Shown: positions 24,040 through 37,163 of the stretch, piece by piece
Layout: the number at the start of each line of letters is the position of its first letter
Position numbering within the stretch: the stretch's first letter is position 1
Assembly (NCBI GenBank): GCA_030390025.1
Contig: CM059432.1
Coordinates: forward strand, 98,024,001-98,088,000
Length of the DNA: 64,000 bases
Direction of reading: 5' to 3'
Source: Squalus acanthias
Lineage: Eukaryota
Program-made: the position numbers and the translations under genes
The notes under the pieces: model-generated
What the model was told of the DNA's origin: nothing
Seen by the model: only the letters and a program-made list of their open reading frames with translations
The model's database searches: none

Positions 24040-24800
24040 GAAGAAGCATTCACAAGGGAACAACAAATGCAGGTGTAATGACACCTGAGGTGTTTTATTT
24101 GCAACTGTCATTAGCCTGGGGCTCACATTTACAGACCCTCCATACATACCTGGACATATTATAGGAGACTTGTCTCCAACACCTCAGCTTCACAAGACAG
24201 TCTGTCACAGAGTCGTACCAGCTGCTCCAGGATTACCTGCAGACAACATCTGGAATAGGGATAACTCTTCCTGAAGAGCTGAAGGTTACCGCCACATGAA
24301 GCTATCATATTATCGGATCCTTCAAAGCCACCCTAGAGGACATCTGCTACAGCAAGCTGACATGTACTAAGCAAGTGAAAATCACTATGTTTGCAAGGGG
24401 TAACAACTTTATCAATTTCCATGTGGAAAGGGGGCATCAGCTAGAGAAGCTGCAGAGCTTTTACTGGATGGAAGCATTCCCTCAGATGTAAAACATTACA
24501 ATTGGCCCATGTGGTAATCTTGGTTCCTCTTTTTAACCTCATGGCCTACATGAACAGAAAGGGCTTGCACTCAATTCATATCAGGTCGTAAGTGACCACA
24601 TTATATATGTAAATATTAATTATCCATGATGCCTTTATTATGTAGCAGTCCATGGTGCCTGCATTTTAGGAATCCCAGGGAATAGTTCTTAGAAGATTAG
24701 GACCAACCTTTGCATCAATGACTGCTGCCTCCACTGAGAAAGCCTTTAATAGCAGAGGAGAACCACTTTGTTTGCATTTTGGACAACTGAGATGTTCTTT
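24040..24800 (+). pseudogene. Harbinger transposase remnant, highly degraded
   Basis: Fragments read LPEELKVTA, GSFKAT and YMNRKGLHSI (24547), matching the HARBI1-type NRKGxHS motif. Confidence 0.7.
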
Positions 24801-26219
24801 TATGCACAATGAAAGAATCACAGACTGTAAGCTATCTTAAAAGTGAATTACATTTATTATGTGCTGCATTAGTTGTGGTGTACATATTTAATCTGTTTTG
24901 CTGGTATTATTGCCACTTTGAATTTCTTTGTGTTGGTTATCTATGTTCATGCAAACAAAATACTCCACTAATTAAGGAGATACGTCAATCCTCAATAGCC
25001 AGCTGGCAAGTTACACAGGATACAGAAGGCCTATGAAAAATCCTGACGGATCTGCCAGGGATTGCTGTGGGCTTATTGTCTTCAGAAAGAGCACCCATTG
25101 TCACTGGTGCAGAGCTATATGATGGCACAGAGCTGCCACTGAATTGGGTGCCAAGTGACTGCTGTCTGATAATCCACACATGTCACTTCTACAAAGCATG
25201 TTACCATGCCAACTGACTTGTCTGAGCATAGAACAGTGGGCACAGATGACCTCTTCTTGGTTACCAGTAATCATTTTCCAAGTGCGCTGAAGCTGGCTAT
25301 GACTCCATTTTGGAGTGTGGAGCTTAAAGCTTCTATAACAGCAGTCAGAGCATTCATAAGAGATTCTTCTGTTTTGCTTATGGGCTTCATAACTGAAGTT
25401 GCTACTTCAGATGTCACTGATGTTGGCATATGCTCAATGACCATGTTAAGGATGACAGTTACTCCATGTCAATAAGGCAAGTGAATCCTCAATATAGTCC
25501 TGTTGCTGTTTCTATTTCAAAGCAGACAGACTATGGTCAGTATCCCAATATAATAGAGCAGAAACTCAGCATTCCTGACCTCCAACCTGAATCAGTTAGT
25601 CCCTCAATAACCACCATCAGTGCTACCTCTTCATCATCAATGTCTTCTGTAATTCCTCTTGAGCATCACAACTGACCTCTCCTTAAGTCTGTGTATCAAT
25701 GGTATTGTTTGCTCTGTCATGCGGTGCTCTTCAGAATCGGCTAGACAAAAACTATGTTGTCCTTAACCTATGAAAAGAGATAATGGTACATATTGAATAA
25801 ATAAGCAGTTGTCCATATGAGTTCTGCTTAGCCATTATATACTCTATTGTATGCTTAGGCACAATCACTGGGGGTAATTTAACATTTTGGCGGTAGTATA
25901 AAACGGCCAATATCAGATTGATATATACATCTATCTTGATTTTCGTTTGGGCATGGTATATAACGGTGGCCAATCCGATATCACCCGTTTCACACACTCT
26001 CCAAATGCTAAAATTACCGACAGTGTGTGTGAATATATTCAGGAAATGCATTGTACAATACAAATATGAATAATATGGAACATAACATGCATTCTGTACA
26101 ATCCTCTAATCTGCACATGCCACATGTACTCCCAGCTTTACCCCCTGAACAGCTCAATAATAACTCATATGGAACAGTGTATTTTTTAATATTCTAATAT
26201 TCACTCTCAGGATTTAATA

Positions 26220-26325
26220 TTGCAAGCAAGACCGCATTATTTGCCCATCTCTAGTTGCCCTTGTGAAGGTGATGGTGGGCCTTCTTTTTGAACCACTGCA
26301 GTTCTTGTGGTGAAGATTCTCCCAC
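26220..26325 (-). mobile_element. 3' tail fragment of non-LTR family B
   Basis: gcattatttgcccatctctagttgcccttgtgaaggtgatggtgggcc, similar to 32720-32810. Confidence 0.65.
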
Positions 26326-27664
26326 AACTTCACAAATTACCAATTTTTCTAAACAAATTGTTTTAGCTCCTTTATATACTATAATGGGCCAAGCCTTCCC
26401 ACGCTCTCTGTGATTGGTCAATTTTGTACCAAAGAAAGCATTTTTGTACGTGATAAACTGTTTGACAAGTGTAGGTGCCTCAACTTCAAAAAGCATGTCC
26501 ATGTTTGCATTTCAATTTTGCTTCTATTTCCCATCCTTTGCCACCACTGGTGTCTAATGTCACATTAATTAGTATTGGTTTAGTGTCTCATTCTGTCCTT
26601 GTTGAGACAGTAAATTTCATTAAGTTTAAACTAGAATATGCCTTAGAATATTTAGCATTCATGATTGGGTGATAAGCATTCTCATTTATCACCACATAAC
26701 CAAAGTGCCTTTACATCCAATTGTCTGAAATTAGGCCCTTATTATTAGAAATTATCATCCATGAGATTTTAAATTTGGTTTGCATTTGCTAGCTTTCCAT
26801 TTTCTTGTCATTGCCTCTGGCTCTTTATTAAGGTAATTTTATGCATGGCACATTTTACTTTTCTCCATTAAGTGTTCATTTGCTCAAATTATTATGTAAA
26901 CTCCTACTCTATGGATATTCTGTGTGAAATTATGAGTGATCTTCTAAGTCAGCTTTAAGACTCAGTAATTCACATCTTGTCACCGTGGAACTATACTTGG
27001 ATTGATTTTCATCTTAGTGGCCTGATTTGCATGCTAATCAGAAGATAGAGGCTGAAAAATCTCGTGGAAATCAGATCTACTAGATTCACACTGGTTTTGT
27101 GTCCAGTCAGGTCTGGGACAGAAGTCTGAAGCTCTTGTCCAAATCAGTTGGGAGCTTAATTTATGTATGTGAAAAGAGGCCGGAAAGGGCATTGCACCAT
27201 TTTCTGGCCCTCAGGCCATTTCTTTTGTTGAATCTCCAAATTGCTCATGAAAACCTGGCTGTAAGAAGGACCTTTAAAAAGCCCATATATTTTAAAGGTA
27301 AGTTCATTCGGACTTTTAAAAGCCCTCTTGTCATTATTTTTCCCAACTGGCACTTAGGCTTTCATGAGCATTTTGCCAGTTGTCTTTACTTAATTTTTGA
27401 GCTACCTTTAATTGCACCAGATGGTTTACACCAGGAATCCTCTGAGCTGGTGTTTTTGCAGGAATATGGGAACCTGTAGAGGGATGCCAGGAGGTCAGGC
27501 TGCAAGAGTGCCCACACGCCAGCCCCCACACCTCAATATCTGCATAGAGAAGTACAGTCACCACCATTTAAAGTGGGTGCATTATGCGAACGCAATTTGT
27601 CCACTATACACAATGGCCAGTATAATGTGGCAGCGCTATTATAGCACTCTATAATAACAAGAAT

Positions 27665-28295
27665 GTTGCCCCTTGGCGACATCATCCGAAAACGCAGCAT
27701 CAGTTTCCACATGTATGCTGATGACACCCAGCTCTACCTCACTACCTCTTCTCTCGACCCCTCCACAGGTCTCTAAATTGTCAGACTGCTTGTCCGACAT
27801 ACAGTTCTGGATGAGCAGAAATTTTCTCTGATTAAATATTGGGAAGAACAAAGCCATTGTTTTTGGTCCCCGTCACAAACTCCGTTCCCTAGCCACTGAA
27901 TCCATCCCTCTCCCTAACATCTGTCTGAGGCTGAACCACACTGTTCGCAACCTTGGTGTCATATTTGACCCTGAAAGTAGCTTCCGACCACATATCCGCA
28001 GCATAACTAAGACCGCACATTTCCACCTCCATAACATTGCCCGTCTCCGCCCTTGCCTCAGCTCATCCGCTGCTGAAACTCTCCAGACTTTGTTACCTCT
28101 AGACTTGACTATTCCAATGCACTCCTGGCTGGCCTCCCACATTCCACCCTACGTAAACTTGAAGTGATCCAAAACTCGTCTGTCCATGTCCTGACTCACA
28201 CCAAGACCCGTTCACCCATCACCCTGGAGCTTGCTGACCTCCATTGGCTCCCAGTTAACCAACACCTCGATTTCAAAATTCTCATCCTTTTTTTC
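27665..28295 (+). mobile_element. L2 LINE internal RT fragment
   Basis: cacatgtatgctgatgacacccagctctac ([10 protein letters not shown]); a near reverse complement of 28975-29610. Confidence 0.9.
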
Positions 28296-28589
28296 AAAGT
28301 TGCCAGTTATAGTGTCTTAATGCTTCATTTATTTCGGGCAGAAACGGCTTAGCTTACTCACTGGTTCACACCTCATTAAGCTGTACAGAATGCGAGAACA
28401 AACATAAGTAAATAAATAAATAACACCTTGTTAATGTTCAATTACCTTTTGTGTACTTAAACCCTTCTAATCCCCTCTAAGTGGTGTTGGGTTTCAGTTT
28501 CACTTTCAACTAAGCAATGACTACAGTTTAAATAAAGCTGCAGGTCAGAGTGGAGCTGGAAACAACTGGGCAAAAGGTCACTACACAGA

Positions 28590-30125
28590 ACAATAACAGC
28601 AACAACTTGTATTTATATAGTGCCTTTAACGAATTAAAATGTCCCAAGGTGCTTCACAGGAGTATTATAAGACAAAAAATTAGACACCGAGCCACATAAG
28701 GAGAAATTAGGGCAGGTGACCAAAAGCTTGGTCAAAGAGGTAAGTTTTAAGGAGCGTCTTAAAGGAGGAAAAAGGGGTAGTGAGGCGGAGAGGTTTAGGC
28801 AGGGAATTCCAGAGCTTAGGGCCTGGGCAACAGAAGGCACGGATGCCAAAGGTTGAGTGATTATAATCAGGGATGCTCAAGGGGGCAGAATTAGAGGAGC
28901 GCAGATATCTTGGGGGGTTGTGGGGCTGGAGGAGATTACAGAGATAGGAAGGGGCGTGGCCATGGAGGGATTTGAAAACAAGGATGAGAATTTTGAAATC
29001 GAGGCGCTGCTTAACCAGGAGCCAATGTAGGTCAACAAGCACAGGGGAGATGGGCGAACGGGACTTGGTGTGAGTTAGGACACGGGCAGCCGAGTTTTGG
29101 ATGACCTCAAGTTTACATAGGGTGGAATGTGGGAGACCAGCTTGGAGTGCGTTGGAATAGTCAAGTCTAGAGATAACAAAGACATGGATGAGGGTTTCAG
29201 CAGCGGATGAGGTGAGGCAAGGACTGAGACGGGCGGTGTTACGGAGGTGGAAATAGGCGGTCTTAGTTATGCTGTGGATATGTGGTCGGAAGCTAATTTC
29301 AGGGTCAAATATGACACCAAGGTTGCGAACAGTGTGGTTCAACCTTAGACAGATATTAGGGAGAGGGATGGAGTTAGTGGCTAGGAAATGGAGTTTGTGG
29401 CGGGGACCAAAAACAATGGCTTCGGTCTTCCCAATATTTAATCGGAGAAAATTTTTGCTCATCCAGAACTGTATGTCGGACAAGCAGTCTGACAATTTAG
29501 ACACCGTGGATGGGTCAAGAGAAGAGGTAGTGAGGTAGAGCTGGGTGTCGTCAGCGTACATATGGAAACTGATGCTGTGTTTTTGGATGATGTTGCCAAG
29601 GGGCAACATGTAGATGAGAAATAGGAGGGGGCCAAGGATAGATCCTTGGGGGACACCAGAGGTAACGATGTGGGAGCGGGAAGAGAAGCCGTTGCAGGTG
29701 ATTCTCTGGCTATGATTAGGTAGATAAGAATGGAACCAGGCGCGTGCAGTCCCACCCAGCTGGACGATGGTGGAGAGGCATTGGAGAAGGATGGAGAGGT
29801 CAACCGTGTCAAAGGCTGCAGACAAGTCAAGAAGGACGAGGAGGGAGAATTTACCTTTGTCACAGTCACAAAGGATGTCATTTGTGACTTTGATGAGAGC
29901 TGTTTCGGTACTGTGGCAAGGGCGGAAACCTGATTGGAGGGATTTAAACATGGAATTGTGGGAAAGATGGCCACGGATTTGGAAGGCGACAACACGTTCA
30001 AGGACTTTGGAGAGGAAAGGGAGGTTGGAGAAGGGGCGGTAGTTTGCAAGGACGGAGGGGTCAAGGGTTGTTTTTTTGAGGAGAGGGGTGATGACGGCAG
30101 ATTTGAGGGAGAGGGGGACAGTACC
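28590..30125 (-). mobile_element. L2 LINE, 5'-truncated
   Basis: RT ORF plus a 3' tail (gcactatataaatacaagttgttg on the minus strand). Confidence 0.93.
28707..29951 (-). CDS. L2 ORF2 reverse transcriptase and C-terminal domain (414 aa open)
   Basis: [57 protein letters not shown]. Confidence 0.92.
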   Translation of the reverse strand: MFKSLQSGFRPCHSTETALIKVTNDILCDCDKGKFSLLVLLDLSAAFDTVDLSILLQCLSTIVQLGGTARAWFHSYLPNHSQRITCNGFSSRSHIVTSGVPQGSILGPLLFLIYMLPLGNIIQKHSISFHMYADDTQLYLTTSSLDPSTVSKLSDCLSDIQFWMSKNFLRLNIGKTEAIVFGPRHKLHFLATNSIPLPNICLRLNHTVRNLGVIFDPEISFRPHIHSITKTAYFHLRNTARLSPCLTSSAAETLIHVFVISRLDYSNALQAGLPHSTLCKLEVIQNSAARVLTHTKSRSPISPVLVDLHWLLVKQRLDFKILILVFKSLHGHAPSYLCNLLQPHNPPRYLRSSNSAPLSIPDYNHSTFGIRAFCCPGPKLWNSLPKPLRLTTPFSSFKTLLKTYLFDQAFGHLP

Positions 30126-32679
30126 TGGAACAAATAAAAAAGAATCCTTTATCAGGAATATATTGGCACAATTGTGTTAAACAATATGAGTATGAGGAGT
30201 TTGTTCACATCAAATGAAAAGAATAAACTTGAAAGCGGAATATAAAGCTCTTTAAAATCACAGAATCATTTAATTTTCACTACCTTAAAAACACTCATGC
30301 AGGTAATGGTCGATATAATATTGAATCTCCACTGAGAGTCACAGTTACTGTCACTATGGATCAGGCATTTTTTTTAGCATGAGAACTCAAATCTGTCAGT
30401 CATTATGGTAATTTAGTTACTTCATGAACATTCAGTATAAAAGAAATCTCATTGTTTGATTACATCTTAATAGTGGAATACTTTTCTGCAGGTATGAGTG
30501 AAAGGGTAAAAATAGGAACTGACAAAATGTCTGAAGCATCAGAATTATTATCTAGTAAGCAAGAGACAAAGATAATGAAAGGTATTTTTTGTTATCCATG
30601 CTAGGTTTTCATTATCTGCGTTCAGTGGCTGTGTTCAGTGTGTCTGAATGGAAATAGGAGTGGTCGTCATAAAGATAAATTCACTGCAGAATACAAGTGA
30701 GCATAAAGATGAAAGATTTGACTATGAACTATGCTTTTAACCAAAGCAGGTCATTCTAATACTCTGCTAACATTTTCAACATAAATTTAAAATACATGGT
30801 GCTTGTCAATTAATAGGCACATGCTTAGATTGAAGGGAATATTTGTTGAATCACTGATGCAGTCTATATGTTGTAATGGAAAAAAATAAGAACAGTTTTG
30901 ATTGGGAACGGTGAATGTGTATTTTGCTACATTTAAGGAACAATTCTTAAACAAGGTTGTAACAATTTTTTTTAGCAATATCCAGTCCATTTGTCATTAA
31001 TAAGCACTGTCATCCTTTACAAAGAATACTGATTTGGATTTGCACACAAATAGGTCCCGAAATTCCTGAATAGGGGGATAGTGTAAATCGCCAATTGCAC
31101 CTTTGCGGAGCAGGGAATTTGGGCTCAGCCCAATACCTGCTGGGGTTCTGCTCCAGAAGCGCATGGGCATAAATTGTGTTTCGTTTCAGGACACCCTGAA
31201 GAAGCGACACGTCTCCTCGTGCCACGTGCAAATTCTGGAATTAGTACAGGACAACATCACCTGACCTAAGTTCCATAACTTTCACCTTCCCGTCCACCCT
31301 TGAGAATGTGCAGCACTATTTGAAAGGCACAGTTTGCCAAGACCTGCCCACCAAGGTGGAAGGATTTTCTTGAAGGGAAACTGCTGAACTGCGATTGCTT
31401 GTGGAGATTTTTGGTTATATCTTGGGATTCACTGCAGGTATTAGAGAAAATAAAATCACCTACATACTGCATTACCCTTAGAATGCATTTACTGAGCAAT
31501 TACTGAGTCAGTACCTGAAGACTGCACACTGGGCTTCCCAATCGCAATCCCACTTTATGTAATGTAGTTTCTAGAGTAAGGGAAACATGTGGAGCAGCAA
31601 GAGGTTGTAGGGGAAGCCAGATTAATTAGGCAGCATTAGAGAGGAGACAGCACTACCCACTTAATAGGATGTATTAACCCAAGAGCAGTTTCTGAGATCT
31701 ATCCTAGAAACTCTGTCTTAAATTATCTGGTGTTAAAAATGGGTTAAGAGAAGACAAAGATGGAGTACTTTTCATGTAAAGCACTTCCTTCTTCTTAGGA
31801 TTAGAGTGAGCAAGTGTGCTAATGGTGTGTTAGTAATTTTATTAATAAGCATTGATTGAGTCGGTGTTAACTTTTAGCCAAGCTCCTAAGTTGCTGGATG
31901 TAAATTTTGGGTTAATAGGATATTAATGCTGGACCCAGTGGTAGCAATCTTTTTGTGTGTTCAGTGTTCCCACATGGCATTATTTTTCAGATATAAAACT
32001 GGTTTTAAAGCACTGGAGGGTGCCAACAGAGTTCCAGTAGTGTGCATGCTGGGATGTATGGGCTAAATGAGGAGCCTTTCAGTGAACTTTGCAATATATG
32101 TTACATCAAGTTTTCCAATTCTAGATACTTGGAGGAGGAAGTGGAGGCGCAGGAACACCATAGCCCCGGAAGTTTAAGGTCAGAACAAGTGGACTTTCAG
32201 GTTCTAGTACTGTCCAATGCAGCATGAGCACTGCTGATATGTTTCCTGGACCTTAGTAAGTAACATTTTGCCTTGAGAGTGATGTGATCTCCGACCTGCA
32301 CCATCCTGGAACCAGACCTGCACTCAAAGAGCAACATCCAGTTGGCCACTGGGTGTTCCAGGCTTCAATAGGAGACATTACTCGGATTATCCAGAGGAAA
32401 TTTATTACCTTAGTGATGCAACAATTGACTGATGCATCACGAAGATAATAAATGTCCACTTCTATCATGCATCAGCATATATCAAGTTCAGTAGCAGAAA
32501 ATGATATCGGCTGGAGAGGCAGAATCAATCTTACCAGTTGCATAGTAATCTTGAAGTACAAGGCAGTACTGATTGTATTCATGGGCATCCTCAAGCAGGG
32601 CCAACCAGTTTTTCAAAGAACTATGGATTCCTCAGCATTCTGATGGTATAAAACCACCAGCAAAAAAAATATATACTTT

Positions 32680-34615
32680 TTTTTATTTGTTTATGTGATG
32701 TGGGCATCGCTGGCAAGGCCAGCATTTATTGCTCATCCCTAATTGCCCTTGAGAAGGTGGTGGTGAGCCGCCGCCTTGAACCACTGCAGTCCGTGTGGTG
32801 AAGGTACTCCCACAGTGCTGTTAGGTAGGGAGTTCTAGGATTTTGACCCAGCGACGATGAAGGATCGGCGATATACTTCTAAGTCAGGATGGTGTGTGAC
32901 TTGGAGGGGAACCTGGAGGTGGTGGTGTTCCTATGCACCTGCTGCCCTTGTCCTTCTATGTGGAAGAGGTCGCGGGTTTGGGAGGTGCTGCCGAAGAAGC
33001 CTTGGTGAGTTGCTGCAGTGCATCTTGTAAATGGTACACACTGCAGCCACGGTATGCCGGTGGTGAAGGGAATGAATGTTTAAGGTGGTAGATGGGGTGC
33101 CAATCAAGCGGGCTGCTTTGTCCTGGATGGTGTTGAGCTTCTAGAGTGTTGTTTGAGCGGCACTCATCCAGGCAAGTGGAGAGTATTCCATCAAACTCCT
33201 TACTTGTGCCTTGTAGATGGTAGAAAGGCTTTGGGGAGTCAGGAGATGAGACACTCGCCACAGAATACCCAGCCTCTGACCTGCTCTTGTTGCCACAGTA
33301 TTTATGTGGCTGGTCCAGTTTCTGGTCAATGGTGACCCCCTAGGATGTTGATGGTGGGGGATTCGGTGATAGTAATGCCGTTGAATGTCAAGGGGCGGTG
33401 GTGAGATTCTTGCTTGTTGGAGATAGTCATTGCCTGGCACTTCTGTGGCACGAATGTTACCTGCCACTTATCAGCCCAAGCCTCAATGTCGTCCAGGTCT
33501 TGTTGCATGCGGGCATGGACTGCTTCATTATCTGAGGAGTTGTGAATGGCACTAAACACTGTGCAGTCATCAGTGAACATCCCCATTTCTGACCTTATGT
33601 TGGAGGGAAGGTCATTGATGAAGCAGCTGAAGATGGTTGGGCCTAGGACACTGTCCTGAGGAATTCCTGCAGCGATGTCCTGGGGCTGTGATGATTGACA
33701 TTCAATCACCACAACCAGCTTCCTTTGTGCTAGGTATGACTCCAGCCAGTGGAGAGTTTCCCCCCCGATTCTCATTGACTTCAATTTTACTAGGGCTTTA
33801 CTAGGGCTTCTTCATGCCACACTCAGTCAAATGCTGCCTTGATGTCAAGGGCAGTCACTCTCACCTCACCTCTGGAATTCAGCTCCTTTGTCCATGTTTG
33901 GACCAAGGCTGTAATGAGGTCGGGAGCCGAATGGGCTTGGCGGACCCCAAACTGGGCATCAGTGAGCAGGTTATTGGTGAGTAAGAGCCGCTTGATAGCA
34001 CTGTCGATGACACCTTCCATCACTTTGCTGATGATTGAGAGTAGACTGATGGGGTGGTAATTGGCCGGATTGGATTTGTCCTGCTTTTTGTGGACAGGAC
34101 ATACGTGGGCAGTTTTCCACATTGTCGGATGGAAGCCAGTGTTGTAACTGTACTGGAACAGCTAGGCTAGAGGTGCGGCTAGTTTTGGAGCACAAATCTT
34201 CAGCACGATAACCGGAATGTTGTCGGGGCCCATAGCCTTTGCTGTATCTAGTGTGCTGAGCCTTTTCTTGATATCACGTGGAGTGAGTCGAATTGGCTGA
34301 AGATTGGCTTCTGTGATGGTGGGGACCTCAGGAGGAGGCCGATATGGATCATCCACTCGGCCCTTCTGGCTGAAGATGGTTGCAAATGCTTCAGCCCTGT
34401 CTTTTGCACTCACGTGCTGGGCTCCACCATCATTGAGGATGGGTATATTCATGGAGCCTCCTCCTCCCTTTAGTTGTTTAATGGTCCACCACCATTCACG
34501 ACTGGATATGGCAGGACTGCAGAGTTTTGATCTGATCCGTTGATTGTGTGATCGTTTAGCCCTGTCTATAGCATGCTGCTTCCGCTTTTTTGCATGCATG
34601 TAGTCCTGTGTTGCA
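32680..34615 (-). mobile_element. Non-LTR retrotransposon family B (CR1/L2 group, clade uncertain)
   Basis: KAMGPDNIP, NYHPISLLS, LDIKAAFD, PQDSVLGP, MFTDD and YKAQVRSLMEYSPLAW; 3' end has AATAAA and an A-rich tail. Confidence 0.9.
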
Positions 34616-35364
34616 GCTAATGCTAAGATACAAGCTAATGCTCATTTTTCCATTTGCACTGCACACATCTTGAGGAAATAAAGGATTTCCCAATTTGTCA
34701 AACAGAGGACAGAAAGCAAGGTTTGCTTTGGAAGACATAACGTAACTACTCCAGGTGTGGCTAATGACACTTTTGCATTATCTAAAGACCACATCTGAAA
34801 TCTACTGCTGTTGATAATGCTGAGCAAATACTTAATGCTTTTGTATGACATTCCATTGTCTAACTATATTTATCAGGAGTGTTTACATATTTAAAATGAA
34901 CTGGTTAGTGCCTGCTTTAAAATAACAGACAAAGGACCATCAAGGGATTTATTAGAAGCTTTTATGCCAGTATTATTAAGAGTAATTTCCAGGCTCATGG
35001 TATAATACATTCAATATGATGTGTCATTATGCTACCTGTTTGTTGGCTCAGTCATTTACCCATTAAACAAATTCATAAAGCTAGAGTCAGTAACATGTCT
35101 GATAATTTACTTCATTTATTAGTGACAAAACATTAATCTTAAACACTGTACCCACCCATACAGAGTAATGCACATTAGCCTTGCGTCCAAAATTCATGTG
35201 CATGAATATTAATGAGGATCCGTGAAATGGCTTCTCCAAGCCTACTCATGTCACAGGGTCTCGAAGGCAGCAAAGCAAGAAAGGTCTTTCTTTCTTACTA
35301 ACTAAGTAAAAACATGTGAGAAGTCACACAACACCAGGTTATAGTCCCACAGCTTTATTTGAAA

Positions 35365-35401
35365 TCACAAGCTTTCGGAGCGCTGCTCCTTCGTCAGGTG
35401 A
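35365..35401 (-). ncRNA. Minimal type I hammerhead ribozyme motif
   Basis: The minus strand reads UCAC-CUGACGA-A-GGAG-CAGCG-CUCC-GAAA-GCUU-GUGA: both core boxes, stem I, stem II and a palindromic AAGCUU stem III. Confidence 0.75.
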
Positions 35402-35708
35402 AGTGAAGAGATGCATATAGTCACAGCATATATAGTCAGAGAACACTGACAGATGATTACAGTTAATCTTTCCAACTGCCCTTTATCACACCTCGGCAGA
35501 GAGATAATCACGGCAATCAAAGGTGTGGATGGTGTCCAAACAGGTCAGTCAGGAAAACATTACATCAAAGACAATGTGGCAGATGCTGGGGTCTGTATGG
35601 AAAACAAAAACCTTTTTTTGCTGGAAATCACAGCAGGTCCGGCCGCATCTGTGTAGAGAGAACAAGCCAACGAGGACTCGAGTCTGGATGACTCTACGTC
35701 AGGGGGGG

Positions 35709-36040
35709 TTACATGTAGCGTGACATGAACCCAAGATCCCGGTTGAGGCCGTTCTCATGGGTGCAGAACTTGGCTATCAGTTTCTGCTCGACGATTTTGC
35801 GTTGTCGTGTGTCTCGAAAGCCGCCTTGGAGAACGCTTACCCGAAGATCGGAGGCTGAATGTCCTTGACTGCTGAAGTGTTCCCCGACTGGGAGGGAACA
35901 CTCCTGCCTGGCGATTGTTGCGCGGTGTCCATTCATACATTGTCACAGTGTCTGCATGGTCTCACCGATGTACCATGCTCCGGGGCATCCTTTCCTGCAA
36001 CATATGAGGTAGACAACGTTGGCCGAGTCACATGAGTATG
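35709..36040 (-). pseudogene. Penelope GIY-YIG endonuclease domain
   Basis: CDSANVVYLICCRKGCPGAWYIGETMQTL*QCMNGHR...VGEHF...RKIVEQKLIAKF...GLNRDLG; one internal stop. Confidence 0.88.
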
Positions 36041-36359
36041 TACCATGTATCTGGTGGGTGGTGTCCTCACGTGTGATGATGGCAGCTCTTTTATGGTTGT
36101 CTTCCTGCTAGATGCAGCACCATCAATGCTTTATGACCATCCATTGTCTTGAACCGCTTGCCAAACAGAGATAAGAGGCCGCATGCCTTTTCACACCATA
36201 CTGTTACTTCCTATTATTGCTTTTCCTGAGCCATAGCTTTATTGAAAACAACCTTTGATGCATGCACTCATAGCAGCGTATGGCCTTTTACATTGCAGCA
36301 ATCTCCTGCCCTTACACTGCCCTGTGCCATGATGAAAAACCTGTGTTTTAAAAGCTTAT

Positions 36360-37163
36360 TGCCTAGAAATTCAGGTGGTTTGCGCCACCCGTTAGCCCCC
36401 AAAAAACTCTTCTGCCAGCTGGCGGTGGCGGCCATTTTTGGCAGGTTGTCAGCGCTGCCGTTAATTGCTATCGATGAGAGTATTTCAATGGCGTCAATCA
36501 GCGTGCAATGCCGAGTTGATGCCAGCTCATCCTTTTTGGAGTTCTCCACTCGCATTGCTGCCCACGCTAATTCACGCCAGTATTTGTTGCTGCTAATAGG
36601 TCTTCGAGTGGTGTTAACGGCCATGAGGAGGCTGGCGGGACTTATGAGGATGGACGCCGGAACTTCAAACGTCTCCTTTGCCAAGGTTTTCTTTTAAACA
36701 TTCATTATTTGCCCAGCAGCCCAGCAGTGGTGGGGGGTAGGGGGGTGGTTGCATTTCCTGGCAGCTTTCCAGGAGGCCTACAGTTTGTGGGTCAGTAACT
36801 CAATGGGTGAACTCCATTGCAACGATTGAAAATGATCTGTGATAAAATCTCTTGTCATAAACAAACAAAAAATCGATAAACATCAAGTGGGAGCTACTAT
36901 TTTTGCAGCACGTACGGCAACTGTTCTGCTTGTTCCTTTCTTCCCCGCTCCCCTACACTATGAGTAGGAGACAGAGGTGACCTTTGGCCTTCTGAGATTA
37001 GCACTGCAAAGAGCGCATTGCACTAACAAATCACCGCCACACTGATGATAATGAGCAGGCAGTACCAAAATGCCGATGCTGCCAGTGCTGTCTTGGCCGG
37101 CAGCTATTTTCCTTGGCCGCCAGTGTTACCGGCAGGTTTCCAGCATTCCCCAATTTCTAGGCC
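36360..37163. mobile_element. Harbinger-type MITE
   Basis: TIRs tgcctagaaatt / aatttctaggcc; TSD TAT (36357-36359, 37164-37166). Confidence 0.8.

Larger units (their letters stand above)
35318..36075 (-). mobile_element. Penelope-like element 3' remnant with pseudo-LTR-type sequence
   Basis: GIY-YIG coding remnant followed by hammerhead-like motifs and AATAAA (35354-35359, minus strand). Confidence 0.85.

Noticed and set aside
29459..30133. 224-aa Ser/Pro-rich ORF
   Set aside because: Off-frame translation of the L2 ORF2.
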